Source: Dictyostelium discoideum (Eukaryota). From it: a stretch of 64,000 bases of DNA. Position 1 is the first letter of the stretch. The number at the start of each line of letters is the position of its first letter. A program made the translations under genes and the position numbers. Positions 34,214-47,226 of this stretch are shown in pieces. The DNA is taken from assembly GCA_000004695.1 (NCBI GenBank), contig CM000154.2, positions 1,216,001-1,280,000 of the forward strand, written 5' to 3'. A model generated the notes under the pieces. It worked only from the letters and a program-made list of their open reading frames with translations. It had not been told where the DNA came from and did not search any database.

Positions 34214-34717
34214 CTTTATTTTTTTCTTTAAATTTGAATTTAAATTTTGTGTTGATTGATTCTTTGAAGAGTTTGAATTATTGTTACTGATTGAAGATTG
34301 GGTAGTAATATTGTTGGTATCATTTTTAGAATTTTGTTTTGAATCTTCATCGGAGTCATCATTATCATCATCATCACTAAAAATATTATTATTATTTTCT
34401 TCATTTTTATTTTTATTTAAAATTGAATTTAAAAAATTTTCTGCTTGATTAAATTCAATTGTATTATTTTCTAAATTGTTTTTTTCTTTTAAAAGGGGTT
34501 GTTTATTTATAATATTATTACCATTTAAAAATTCACCTGGTAAATCAATTATAACTTTTTCATTATCTTGGCATTTAAAAATTACCATTGTGTTTTTATT
34601 ATTAGTAGTATTGGTATTGGTATTATTATTATTATTATTATTATTATAAATATTATTATTATTATTAATATTATTATTATTATTATTAATATTATTATTG
34701 TTACTAATAGTATCCAT
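34214..34717 (-). CDS. Asn-rich low-complexity protein, exon 1
   Basis: ATG at 34717-15 gives MDTISNNNNINNN...MVIFKCQDNEKVIIDLPGEFLNGNNIINKQ...NSNLKKKIK; the donor GTAAAA at 34213-12 is phase 0. The function is unknown. Confidence 0.45.
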
Positions 34718-35571
34718 ATTTAGTATTGTGAAATTATTATCTATTAATAATGAAATTAACAATAAAAAAAAGTTGTGATCTTGAAAAAATATAATTTAAT
34801 GTTACAAATAAAAAATGTGGGTTTATTTATTATTTTTATTTTTAATTTTTTAACGAGCAATTATTCAAACTAAGATTTAATTAATTTTTTTTTTTTTTAA
34901 TATTTTTTTAATTTTTTTTTTTTTGTTTTTTTTTTATAATTAATACTAATTGTAGATATTTATTTTAGTTCAATTTTATTTTTAAAAAATAATAATAACA
35001 TAAATTAATTTGGAAACTAAATTAAAACTTTTAAAATTTGAGTTGACTTTTTTTTTTTTTTTTCAATAAAAAATAATTTCCAATGAAGATATATATTAAA
35101 GTGGGGGGTTTGTCAAAATCAGGAAAAAAAAAAAATATAAAAATTGGGGTAATAAAATAAACCACACAAACACATTAAATTCTAGAATTTCCGTATTCAA
35201 ATATTAAAAAAAAATTTTTTTTTAGAACAACACACAACCACACAACCCATAAATAATTTTTTTTTTTTATTTAAATAAAAAATCGTAAGGACAATAACAA
35301 CAATAACACACTTAAAAAGACAAATTTGATTTCATAAAACTTTATTTTTATATTTTTTTTTTATTTTAATTTTGACCCTATTTATTTTTTTTTTCTTAAT
35401 TTTCCTTTTTAATTCCTTTTGTTTAATTCCTATATATTTGAAAATAATATTAGTAAAGGATATTTTCATTTAAAATTAATTTGAAAAGATTATATATGTT
35501 TTTATAATTACAACAATAACATGCACCTCTTTTTTTTTTTTTTTTTTTTAATTATTATTATTATTATTATC

Positions 35572-35614
<43 letters not shown>

Positions 35615-36160
35615 TAATTAAAAATAAAAATATTAAAATTGTGTTTAATTCCTAATACTCTAGGGCAAAAAGATGGATGCGTGTGTTTCCAAACAATAAA
35701 ATGAATAAATAAAAACAATACAAATATGGTTTATAATAGATTAAATAATCTTAGTTAGAGAATGTGTGTTTGAGTGTGTGTTAATTTTTGTGTGTATTTA
35801 TATTTGAGAGAAGTGTGTGGGTCTAAAAATAATCTCTCATTTGTATACTCTTTATATAGTAATTTTAGTGGGTTGTTTATTATTATTGTTTTTTTTTATT
35901 TTTTTAATTTATTTTACAAAAATTTGATTAAATAGAGTGATTATATACAAATAATTATTTTAAATAAATAAATGTATTTTTTTTATTTAAAAATTATTTT
36001 TTCTTTTCCAAGTGCTAGTGATAGAGAGGAGAAAAAAAAATCAAAAAAAAAAAAAAAAAAAAAATCAAAAAAAGGTTTATTGTGTTTTAAGGGTGTGTTT
36101 ATGTGTGTGTGTTGTTAATAACAAATAAATAATGAGTGAATTTAATATTTATATGATATT

Positions 36161-36195
<35 letters not shown>

Positions 36196-36282
36196 TTATA
36201 ATTTTATATTATTATTATAATAATTTTAAATCAATTGTTTTTTTTAAAAAAAAAAATTTTTTTTTTTTTTTTTTTTAAGGGA

Positions 36283-36320
<38 letters not shown>

Positions 36321-36435
36321 CCCCGGGGGGATAATTTTTTAAAATTTTAATTTTCCCCTAAATTTTTGGAAAAAAAAAAAAAAAGTTTTAAATATATTTT
36401 TTTTATAAAAAAAAAAAAATTTTTAAAAAGAGGGG

Positions 36436-36468
<33 letters not shown>

Positions 36469-36636
36469 TTTTTTTTTTTTTTTTAAGATTGTTAAATAAT
36501 TATTAAAAATTATATAATAATAATAAAAAAAAAAAAAAATAATTAAATTTGCAATTAAATTAAAAAAATAAATAAATAAAATCGAAAATAAATAATAATT
36601 AAAATATAAATATAAAATTTTATATATTTTGTATAG

Positions 36637-36680
<44 letters not shown>

Positions 36681-36722
36681 AATAATTTTTTATTATTATT
36701 TAAATATATATAGAATTAAAAA

Positions 36723-37020
36723 ATGACTATTATGTCAGATATTATCGCACAAAGAACAATCTTGCTAATCGCGGATTTTTCATCGATTATTGGATGTTCT
36801 TTGGTTTTAATTGGATTTTGGAGGTTAAAACTTTTACGTAATCACATTACAAAAATTATATCATTATTTTGCGCAACTTCTCTATTTAAAGATGTAATAT
36901 CAACAATTATCACATTACTGTATAAACCCGACCAAACAGAATCTGGTTTTCCTTGTTATCTTCATGCAATAGTAATTACTTTTGGTTCATTAGCATGTTG
37001 GCTTTGGACTCTTATGTTAT
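36723..37020 (+). CDS. carB: cAMP receptor (cAR family class-E GPCR), exon 1 (TM1-TM3)
   Basis: ATG at 36723. It encodes [99 protein letters not shown]. From memory this is near-identical to D. discoideum cAR1 ([53 protein letters not shown]...[26 protein letters not shown]) but not identical, so it is a paralog. The donor GTATGT at 37021 is phase 1. The spliced length is 375 aa, which matches cAR2, so I call it carB tentatively. Family membership is certain; the paralog assignment is not. Confidence 0.7.
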
Positions 37021-37120
37021 GTATGTTTTTTTATTTTTTTATTTTCCTTATAAAAAAAAAAAAAAAAAAAAATTAAAAAAATTAATATTAATATTAAAAT
37101 TTTAATTTTAATTAAAATAG

Positions 37121-37852
37121 CATTTAGTATTTATAATTTAATAGTAAGAAGAGAACCAGAACCAGAAAGATTTGAAAAATTTTATTTTTGTCTTTGTTAT
37201 GGATTACCATTGATTAGTACGATTGTTATGTTATCAACACATATTATTCAACCAGTTGGTGGTTGGTGTTGGATTGGTGATAACTATGATGGGTATAGAT
37301 TTGGATTATTTTATGGGCCATTCTTTTTCATTTGGGGAACATCAGCAATTTTGGTTGGATTAACATCGAAATATACATACTCTGTAATACGTAGTAGTGT
37401 ATCTGATAATAAGGATAAACATATGACCTATCAATTTAAATTGATAAATTATATCGTTGTATTTTTGGTTTGTTGGGTATTTGCAATCGTTAATCGTATT
37501 CTAAATGGTTTAAATCAATTTCCAACGGTTCCAAATGTTTTACACACCTATTTCAGTGTTTCCCACGGTTTCTATGCTTCCATCACTTTTATTTACAATA
37601 ATCCATTGATGTGGCGTTACTTTGGTGCAAAATTCTTATTGATCTTTAGTAAATTTGGTTTATTTGTTCAAGCTCAACAACGTTTGGAATTAAATAAAAA
37701 TAATAATAATCCATCACCAATTATGAGATCAAAGAATGCTCTAGATAATGGTGCCGACTCTTCGGTTGTAGAATTACCTTGTCTCTCAAAAGCTGATTCT
37801 TTATCACTTGATGCTGAAAATAATATTGAAACTCCAAAAGAAAATGAAAATC

Positions 37853-37890
<38 letters not shown>

Positions 37891-37950
37891 AATCATTATA
37901 ATAATAATAATAACAATAATAATATAAATAATAAAAATGATATGATTTAA
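37121..37950 (+). CDS. carB: cAMP receptor, exon 2 (TM4-TM7 and His/Asn-rich C-terminal tail)
   Basis: Acceptor attaaaatag at 37119-20. It encodes [38 protein letters not shown]...[125 protein letters not shown]...; the stop is at 37948-50. This is collinear with cAR1 throughout. Confidence 0.7.
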
Positions 37951-38055
37951 AAGTGATAATAAAATAAATAATAAATAATCAATAATCAATAATAAGAACC
38001 TTCCCAAATAATATTTCAACAACTAAAAACGTGATTAACTTTTTTTTTTTTTGAA

Positions 38056-38093
<38 letters not shown>

Positions 38094-38146
38094 ATAACAA
38101 ATCATGATTAAATAATATTATTTAAATGATATATATAATTTTTTAG

Positions 38147-38207
<61 letters not shown>

Positions 38208-38757
38208 AAAAAAAAAAAAATAAAATAAAATAATTATTGTAATGTTATACTATGTACTATAATTAAAACATAGTATTTTTTTTTTATTTTTTTTTATGGT
38301 TGTTTTGAAATTCTTTTTAAAATTTCACAATTTTTATTTATTTATTTAAAATTTAATTAAATAAAAAAAATGAAAAAGAAAAAAAAGAAAATCGAAAATT
38401 TTTTAAAGAAAAAAAAAATAAAAAAAAAAAAAAAAAAAAATTTAGGGAATAAAATAAAAAATAAAATGAGTAAAAAAAAATAATTATATAATATATATTA
38501 TTACAGAAAAATAATAAATAAATTAATAAATAGAATAAGAAGTTTATTTGTTTTTAATTTTTAATTTTTTATTTAATTTTTTATTTAATTTTTTATTTAA
38601 TTTAATTTTTAATTTTTTATTTAAAATCGCACCACACTTTTTTAAAAGGTAGGTGTGTGAACTTGTTGTTCGGGATGTTTTTTTATTTTTTTTTTATATA
38701 TACATTAAACAATCCCAATAAACTAATCGAAAAGAATAGTTGAGAGAACTATTTCTA

Positions 38758-38785
<28 letters not shown>

Positions 38786-38788
<3 letters not shown>

Positions 38789-39073
38789 ATATACAAAATT
38801 CATTTTAACTTTTAAAGTTTGTGTCTGATTTTCACCATCATTTTCTATAAACTTTTTTAAAAAATTTAAAATCTTTGAACCAGTTGATTTATTTTCTTTT
38901 AATTCTTTTTTAATTTGTCTAATTTGATATTGTTGTTGTAGGTGTTGTTGTTGTCTTTGTCTACGAATTCTTCTCATTTCATCACGGTTGAAATTTTCGT
39001 TATTATTCATTGGAAAATATTCAAGGTTATTTAATTTCTTTTCAGTTGATAATTCATTATTTGTTGAGACCAT
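38786..39073 (-). CDS. Hypothetical small basic protein (95 aa)
   Basis: An ATG-initiated ORF encodes MVSTNNELSTEKKLNNLEYFPMNNNENFNRDEMRRIRRQRQQQHLQQQYQIRQIKKELKENKSTGSKILNFLKKFIENDGENQTQTLKVKMNFVY. It sits alone in an AT-rich intergenic region and I recognise no homology. It may be spurious or part of an unspliced small gene. Confidence 0.25.
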
Positions 39074-39159
39074 TTTTTTATATGTTTATTTGTTTTATTT
39101 ATTTATTTATTTTATTTTATTTTATTTTATTTTATTTTATTTTATTTTATTTTATTAAT

Positions 39160-39194
<35 letters not shown>

Positions 39195-39536
39195 CTTATT
39201 TATATTTATTTATATTTATTTAATAGTTTATTATTTATTTATGAAAATATTATAATTTGTATGAATGTATGTTGTTGCTAAGAGTTTCAACTATAAAATA
39301 AAATTTAATAATGTTAGGTCGACTAGTTATTAAAAAAAAAAAAAAAAAATAAAAAAAAAAAATAAAAAAATGAAAAATAAAAAAAATAAAAATTTAAGAA
39401 AATAAATAAAAAAAAAATAAAATAAAATAAAATTGAATTAAAAGAATATAGAGAAGGGTCGAAATTGGATCACTAAAAGACCACAATGTTAACCCCTATT
39501 TTTTTTTTTTTTTAAATTTCAATATTTGTCATTTTC

Positions 39537-39579
<43 letters not shown>

Positions 39580-40710
39580 ATAACAAATTAAATTTATTAT
39601 TTTTTTTTTTTTTTTATTTTTTTTTTTTTTCATAGTTATTTAGTTTAAGAAATATATTTTTATTTTACCTACTTTTTATTTATTATTGTAATTATTTTTT
39701 AAAATGAGATATTGTTATAAAAGAGATATCTTGTGATAATATTTTTTTTTTTTTTGTTTATAATTTATCTGATGAAGAGATAATGAATAAAAATAACTTT
39801 TTTTATTTTTTATTTTTTTTTCTTTGAGATTTTATAGTTTTTATTTTATTTTTCAAAATTTATTTTTTTTTTTTTTTTTTTTTTTTCCAGATTTAATTTA
39901 GTGTGAGTGGATGTGTAAATGAGTGTGGCACACAAAAAAAAATGGCTTTTTTTTTAATTTTTTAATTTTTTTTTTTTTTTTTTGGAGTAAGGGTTTAAAA
40001 AATTAAATTTCATTCATATTAATTAAATTGTGAGCTTTTTTTAGAGACCCTAATAATAGGAAACACATCATTCCATTTTTATTTACTTTAATTTCCTTAA
40101 AATACAATCATAATGAAATTCTAATTTTAACCACCACACTTTTGTTTTAATATTAAATTTATTTTTGTCATGTTAATAATTAATATTAACATTAATATTT
40201 TAACATTAATTTTTTTTTTTTTTTCTTTGATTAAAAACACAACACAATCCCTTTTTTTTTTATTTTTTTTTATTTTATTATTCAATTCATTTTGTTTGAT
40301 TCACTTTTTTTTTTTTTTTATTTCATTTTTTTACCTAAATTAGAATGGTGGTGGGATTTATTTTTAAAAGAAAGTGCAATTTACAAGTCCAAAACCTATT
40401 TTTGGTAAATTACTATTTTTGTGAATGTAAAAATTTTTTAAAAAAAAACAAAAATATAAAACAGGGTAACTATTTTCTAATTATAGCAAGGTAAAAAGTG
40501 GTGTGACACTTCTTGGAATCTAAAAGTTTAAAAAAAGAATAAAAAAAGATAAAAAAAGAATAAGATAATTATAAAAATAAAATAATATAAAATAAAAAAA
40601 ATTTATTAAAGATACTATCATTATTATTATTATTTTTATTATTATTATTATTTTTATTTTTTATTTTTAGTTTTCTTTATTTTTATTTTTTTTTTTGGAC
40701 CAACAACCAA

Positions 40711-42656
40711 CTAATTATTTTTAGAAATGTCAACAATTTTAGATAGTGTTGCAATTGCCATAACTCTTGAGTCTTTATCAGAATCGGATTGAGATACTTC
40801 AAATAAAAATTGAGCAATATCTTCAATTTCATCAGTGTAGTCTTGATCAATAACTGACTTTGTAATTGTCTCTCTATAGAATACTCTTGATAGTGAATAA
40901 AGTAATGACCTTCTCACATTTGAATCTCTATGTGATTTAAATGACCACAAAAATCTAACCAACTCTTTTGATATCATTCTAGTATCATTTGAATTACCTG
41001 CACATTCAACAATAACACCCAATGTATGAATTAATCTACTTAATAAAAAACTATCATATCCCATCATCATCTCACCACCACTAGCACCACCTTCATAACA
41101 TTGAGTAACTTTATCAAATCCACTTAATAATGGATAAAAATAAATTTTTACAAATTTATGGAATCTATTTGATTTTATTATTGGTCTAGGTGTCTTTCTT
41201 TGTCCCCATTTTCTAACAATACCAATTTGTTTTAAAATTGGTAATTTACTACTTTCACCACTACCACCACCACCATTAATATTAAATATACTATTTTTAG
41301 ACTCTTCATACTGTTGTTGTTGTTGTTCTTGTTGTTGTTGTCTTTGAGTATTTTGTTGATAATTTAAAGCTGATAATTCTTTAGCAGATTCAGAGATTGT
41401 TTCCAAGATTTCAATTCTTTGACCAATGCTAAAATTCTTTTGTTTGAAAGCATCAGTGAGATAAGGAATTACTAATGAAGTTGATTGAGTTGCTAAGGAA
41501 ACTAATGATTCATGACGAATTGATGAGAATGATTCTAAATCATATTCATTTGTTAAATGAATTAATGAATTTGCAAGTTGTACACTTAATTCATCTAAAT
41601 CATCAGGTAATGACCAAACTATATTTGATATTGAATTTAATGCATTCTCCCATGACTCTGCTGTATGTTTTTGACTTTGTAATTCTAATAAACAGTCTCT
41701 TAAATATATCTTTTTTTTAATACCATTTAAATCTGATTCATCATCATCTAAATCATATGGTTTTAAATCATCATCATCCTCATCCTCCTCCTCATCTTCT
41801 GAATTGATTTCTGTAATTTTTGGTCCATTTTGTACTACTTCTTCATCTTCATCTTCATCTTCATCTTCATCATCTTCATCATTCATAATTTTATCAGGAT
41901 CATCATATTTTTTAAATTCTTTTTCTAATAATTTTTTATAATGTTCTTTTGAGCTATTTGATTGTTTTTTTTCATTTCCAATATTTGATGATGCTGTACT
42001 GTTGCTTGTTGTATTGGTGGTGGTAGTGGTATTGGTGGTCGTTAAAGGTTCTTGAAAAATTGGTTTAAAATTTAAAGAAAAACATTGTTGATCAGGTGTA
42101 TCTAGTGAATAGTTGAATTTTAATGGTTCTGATGAATTATTATTATTATTATTATTATTAAATAATTTTGAAAATTGTTCAGCTACAAACATACCACGAT
42201 TATTTATATTTGAAATTGTAAATTTTAAATGTACATCAATACCACTTAATAATAAATGTTTAATATGTTCAATCTTATCTGATGGTAATGGTTTAATAGT
42301 TGATGTTGATGTTGAATTTGCTATTGATAATTTTTCAATAAAAAAAATTATTGATCTTGTAATATAAGAATGTTGCTCATTTGTACAATGTCTAATAAAG
42401 TAAGGATCTTTCCATGATTTTAATAAATTATTTAAAATTAAAAATAATAATGGTTCTTTATCTTCATTTGTACTACCTTCAAATAATAGTATAGAATAAA
42501 GTAAATCTAAATAACAATTTTGACTATTATTATCCATTACTTTTAAAATTAATATTTTATTTATCATTATATGTACAATCATTGAAATTTCATTTCTTCT
42601 TTTAAAAATTTCTAAAAATATTAATTTAAAAACATCTTTATATATATTATAACTAA
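40711..42656 (-). CDS. Tel2/TELO2 (Clk-2)-like HEAT-repeat protein, exon 2 of 2 (acidic CK2-type linker and conserved C-terminal domain)
   Basis: An acceptor ag at 42658-57 follows poly-T; the phase matches exon 1. A central acidic block (DEDDEDEDEDEDEE) is followed by LKPYDLDDDESDLNGIKKKIYLRDCLLELQ...SWENALNSISNIVWSLPDDLDELSVQLANSLIHL. I recall this as similar to the human TELO2 segment SLDSDDDLKPYDMSGD...VRDCVEAL. The C-terminal helical region follows and the stop is at 40711-13. Family assignment is moderately confident. Confidence 0.5.
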
Positions 42657-42736
42657 CTAAAAAAGAAGGAAAATAATTATTAGAATATTTTTTTTAAATA
42701 TATATATATTTAAAATGAAAAATAAAAATTACATAC

Positions 42737-43715
42737 ATTTTGATAATGATTTTATAATTGTTTCTAAAAATGTATCTAAACAACTACCTTGAATTCCAAT
42801 AATAATATTAGATGATAATTTCTTTTTTAATATTAAACTACTATTCTTATTATCATCTTGAAATAACTCTTTAAAGAAATTATTTACAATAATATCTTTT
42901 TCACCAATTTTAATCATTTTTGAAAATAAAATTGAATATTGGTTTGAAAATAATGTTATTATATTATTTATATTATTATTATCACTATTATTATTGAGGT
43001 TGGTAGAAATACTACTATTTACAGATTGAATACATTGTTGAATGATTTTGGAATAAAATAAATTATTATTGGTAAAGAATTCTAAAATATAATCTTTAAC
43101 TGATGATAATGGTGATTGAATATTCCTAATTCTATTATTTTTATAATAATATTGAATTGATCTACATTTATCTGGTATCAAACAAATTGATTTTATTATT
43201 AAATTCCAAATTGTTTCATGAATTTCTAAATCAATATTATTATTATGTTTTTTAAATTTTCTATTTTGAAATTCAATTATTAACTTTGATAAATTATTAC
43301 TATTATTATCATTTATAAATTTATATAAAATATTAAATAAAAAGTTTAATTTTTGTGAATATAATTCTTCATTATTTTTACTATTATTATTATTACTATT
43401 ACTATTATTATAATTATATTCTGATAATAATGTTGTTAATGTTATAAATGATTCTGATAATAAATTTGGTAAAAAGAAAAAACTTTCAAATAATTGTTTA
43501 TCAAATTCTGTGAATGCATAATACCAATTATCTAAAACATTTTCAATTAATAATTTTAAAATTGATGTTATTGTTACTTGATTATCATTATCATTATTTT
43601 CGCTATTATTATAATTTAAAAATGATTGTTTTAATTCCCTTAATTGTTCAATTATTAATTTTATATCTTTAGTTTGACAAATATTATTAATTAATTCTTT
43701 CAATGTTAAAACCAT
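42737..43715 (-). CDS. Tel2/TELO2-like protein, exon 1 (N-terminal helical repeats)
   Basis: ATG at 43715-13 gives MVLTLKELINNICQTKDIKLIIEQLRELKQSF...; the ORF track start at 43742 is a TTG. The donor GTATGT at 42736-31 is phase 1 and the intron is 80 nt. The spliced protein is about 974 aa. Confidence 0.5.
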
Positions 43716-43947
43716 TTTTATAATATTGAAATTCTTTCCCAAAAAAATTTTTATTTTTTTTAATTTTTTATTTTATTTTATTTTTTTTTTTTTTTTTTTT
43801 TTTTTTGGAATCCAGAAACCAAAAAATCTCAATAAAAAAAAAAATTTTTTTTTTTTTTTTTTTTATTTCAAATTTTTTATTTTCATTAAATTAATTAAAA
43901 ATAAAAAAAAAAACGAGTGGTTAAATTAATTGATAATAAAATAAAAA

Positions 43948-44336
43948 ATGACATCAAATATAACGGAATTAAATAAATGGATTGAAGGTTATGTTAATCC
44001 ACAATCAGAAGAATCAGTGAAAACCAATGCGATTAATATGGTTTTATTATATATGAAATCAAATAAAATTGATTTACAAGATGTGGTTCAAGGTTTAGGA
44101 GATTATTTAAAGAGTAATGATTCAATACTTCGTGCAAGAGGTACATTATTATTATCAGAAGTATTATGTAGATTACCAGATTTACCATTAAATCAAGATC
44201 AAGTTCATTTCCTTGCAATGTTTTATTGTGATCGTTTACAGGATTATGCATGTTCTTCAGAAGTTGTTAAAGGTATTACTGGTTTAATAACAAATCATAC
44301 TCCAGATTATCCTGATAATCAAAAATTATTAAGAAA
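43948..44336 (+). CDS. mms19: MMS19 nucleotide-excision-repair / cytosolic Fe-S assembly targeting protein, exon 1 of 6
   Basis: ATG at 43948. It encodes ...VVQGLGDYLKSNDSILRARGTLLLSEVLCRLPDLPLNQDQVHFLAMFYCDRLQDYACSSEVVKGITGL. This aligns with human MMS19 (VVEALGSSLENPEPRTRARGIQLLSQVLLHCHTLLLEKEVVHLILFYENRLKDHHLVIPSVLQGLKAL). The donor GTATGT at 44337 is phase 2. Confidence 0.85.
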
Positions 44337-44378
44337 GTATGTATTAATAATAATAATAATAAATAAATAAATAAATAA

Positions 44379-44442
<64 letters not shown>

Positions 44443-44474
44443 AATTAACACAAATAATTATTATTAATTTTTAG

Positions 44475-44813
44475 TATATTTTCAGAAGTTCATCCAACAT
44501 CATTAACTCAAGCACATAGAAAGATGGTATTACAAGTTATTGATATAATGTTTAATAAATGTTTATCAGAGATTCAAGAACTTAAAAATGATTTTATGGT
44601 TGGATATTTACAATTTATAGATAATGAAAAGGATCCAAGAAATTTAATATTCTCATTTAAATTATTACCAAAAGTAATTTATAATATACCAGAGCATAAA
44701 CACTTTTTAGAGAGTTTATTTGAAATTATATCTTGTTACTTTCCAATTTCATTCAATCCAAAAGGAAATGACCCAAATTCAATTACTAAAGATGATTTAT
44801 CAAATTCATTATT
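44475..44813 (+). CDS. mms19: MMS19, exon 2
   Basis: Acceptor aatttttag at 44473-74. It encodes ...DFMVGYLQFIDNEKDPRNLIFSFKLL...LFEIISCYFPISFNPKGNDPNSITKDDLSNSL. Human has DFTFGFIQVMDGEKDPRNLLVAFRIV...LFEVTSCYFPIDFTPPPNDPHGIQREDL. The donor is GTAAGT at 44814. Confidence 0.85.
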
Positions 44814-44818
44814 GTAAG

Positions 44819-44819
<1 letters not shown>

Positions 44820-44870
<51 letters not shown>
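44820..44870. repeat. (GT)25 dinucleotide microsatellite at the 5' end of mms19 intron 2
   Basis: A perfect 50-nt GT alternation begins 6 nt after the GTAAGT donor. Confidence 0.95.
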
Positions 44871-44873
<3 letters not shown>

Positions 44874-44935
44874 AAAATAAATATATTATAAAGTTATTCT
44901 AACCTTAAAAAAAAAAAAAAAAAAAAAAAAATTAG

Positions 44936-45330
44936 AAATTGTTTTTCATGTACACCATTATTAGCAGAACATTCAATTCCATTTTTAATTGATAAGATTT
45001 GTAGTAATTTAATTGAAACAAAGATTGAAGCATTACAAACATTGGTATATTGTTGTGATCGTTATGGTGGATTTGCAGTTCAACCATTTTTAGAAGAGAT
45101 ATGGAGTACATTAAGAACTTTAATTTTAACACACAAGAATACAACAGTTATTGAAGAATCAAAGAAAACCATTTTCTATTTAACAAGATCATTTACAAAA
45201 GAACGTAAAGTTTTAGAATCATTCCTTTCAATAATGATTAAAGAATGTCTTCATCATATTAAATCTTCACAAGATTCTAAAATTGCAATTTATTGTGCTT
45301 CAATTCTTTATCAATCTGTTAGTGCAAGTT
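44936..45330 (+). CDS. mms19: MMS19, exon 3
   Basis: Acceptor aaaattag at 44934-35. It encodes NCFSCTPLLAEHSIPFLIDKICSNLIETKIEALQTLVYCCDRYGGFAVQPFLEEIW... Human has ...LLPLLIEKVDSEILSAKLDSLQTLNACCAVYGQKEL. The donor GTATGT at 45331 is phase 1. Confidence 0.8.
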
Positions 45331-45443
45331 GTATGTATCTATAATTTTATTATATATTATATATTAAATATTAAATATTATATTAATTGTATTTATATTT
45401 TTATCTCTACTACTAAATCATCATAAAATATATACTATTATAG

Positions 45444-47137
45444 TATTATCATCAAAAATCATTTTAATTCATATTTTCCCAAATTTATTTAATTTCCTTA
45501 GTGAATTACAAAAACAAGATACAGTACAAAAAGTAAATGAACAAAATTCAGTGATCGCATTATTTAATGATTTATTGAAAGCAAATTCAATAGCATTTGA
45601 AATGTATTCAAATGAAAATAAAGAACCAAATCCATTAGAACCATTTGTTGATCAATTATTTAAATTATTTTCAGATTTATTATTATTGAATTCATCATCA
45701 TCAATTAGATCAAATTCAATCGAATGTTTATCAAATCTTTATATTTCAAAAAAGGTACATACTACTGAACAAGATGATGACGATAGTGAACAAATCACTA
45801 ATGAATTCCTTTTGGATTTAGAAAAGAGACAATTCATTATTAAAAGTTTAGTTTCACTTTTAAATAGTTCAGACAATACATTAAGACATAAGAGTTTAGA
45901 TTCATTGTTTACTATTGCCTCAAATGAAGATCCTTCAGTTTTAAATTTATATGTAATACCAACTTTATTACAAATGATTAATCATTCATCATGTAATATT
46001 AATACAACTAATAATAAAATTAATAATAACAATAATAATAATAATATTGTTATAAAAAATAATAAATGTCAAGATGAACATTGTAATGAAGATCATAGTA
46101 ATAAAAATGAAAATAATAATAATAGTAACGAAAATAGTAATGGTAATAGTACTAGTGGTAGTGATGATGATTTAAAACATTATTTAGAAGCTTTCACAAA
46201 ATTATGTACACATCAACCATTATTAGAGAGTGTTATACCACAAATTCAAGTACTACTTCAACATAATATTAAAGAAACTTATCAATCGAATGAAGATTTT
46301 GAAAAGAGTATATTGATTTTACAATCTATAAGTTTTATTTTAGAGAAATCAACAAATATTAAATCAATGACAATTTGTTCAAAATCAATTTTATTCCCAT
46401 TAATTAAAGGTTTATATAAACAAGAATTAATATCTTCAAGTAATGATAATAACAATAATAATAATAATAATAGTAATAGATTTAATCAAATTTTAACACC
46501 AACTTTAAAAATGATTCATTCAATTTTTGAAAATATTTCAATTGAATCACAAAAACCACTTTTAGAGAAATTAATTAAATTATTTTTAAATGGTGATACT
46601 TTAGTTATTAATTATCAATTACCAACAACGACAACAACAATAATTAAACCATTTGAAAAATCATCACCATATAAATATTTAATACCAATATTTACAACAA
46701 TCATCTCTCAAAGTAAATTAGATTTATCAGAAAATAATGAATTGAAACAATCACTTTACCAAATGTCATTAGATGTAAATGTAGATGATTCAATTGCAAT
46801 CTCTTGTTCAAAAGCTTATTCATCAATCATTAATAAACAACAACAACAACAACAACAAGATCAAATCAATTTCAATTTCTTTAATGATAATCTATTAAAA
46901 GTTATCAATGATACTACCACACCATTACCTTTGAAAATTAGACATTTAGATTTATTCACTTGGTGTACAAAAGCATTATTAACAAATGGTAATTCAATTA
47001 ATATTAAACTTGGTTCTTGTTTAGCTGATATCATTTCAAATGAAAATGTAGAATTATCTTATCATGCTTCAAAATCATTTGGTATTTTATTAAGTGAAAC
47101 TGATGTTTTAAATGAAAAATCTGGTTCAATTATAAAA
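45444..47137 (+). CDS. mms19: MMS19, exon 4 (central HEAT repeats with Asn-rich insert)
   Basis: Acceptor ctattatag at 45442-43. It encodes LLSSKIILIHIFPNLFNFLSELQKQDTVQKVNEQNSVIALFNDLLKANSIAF...; the donor GTAAAT at 47138 is phase 0. A (TA)n/(CA)n-rich intron follows. Confidence 0.8.
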
Positions 47138-47226
47138 GTAAATATATATATATATACACACACATATATAATATATATTTGAAAATTTTTATACTAATTT
47201 TTATTTTTTATTTTTTAAAAAATTAG

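Noticed and set aside
36321-36330. Isolated CCCCGGGGGG palindrome amid poly-T/poly-A at 36300-36480
   Set aside because: It is a single 10-mer with no repeat copies or flanking structure. It is noted as an oddity, but there is no evidence of function.
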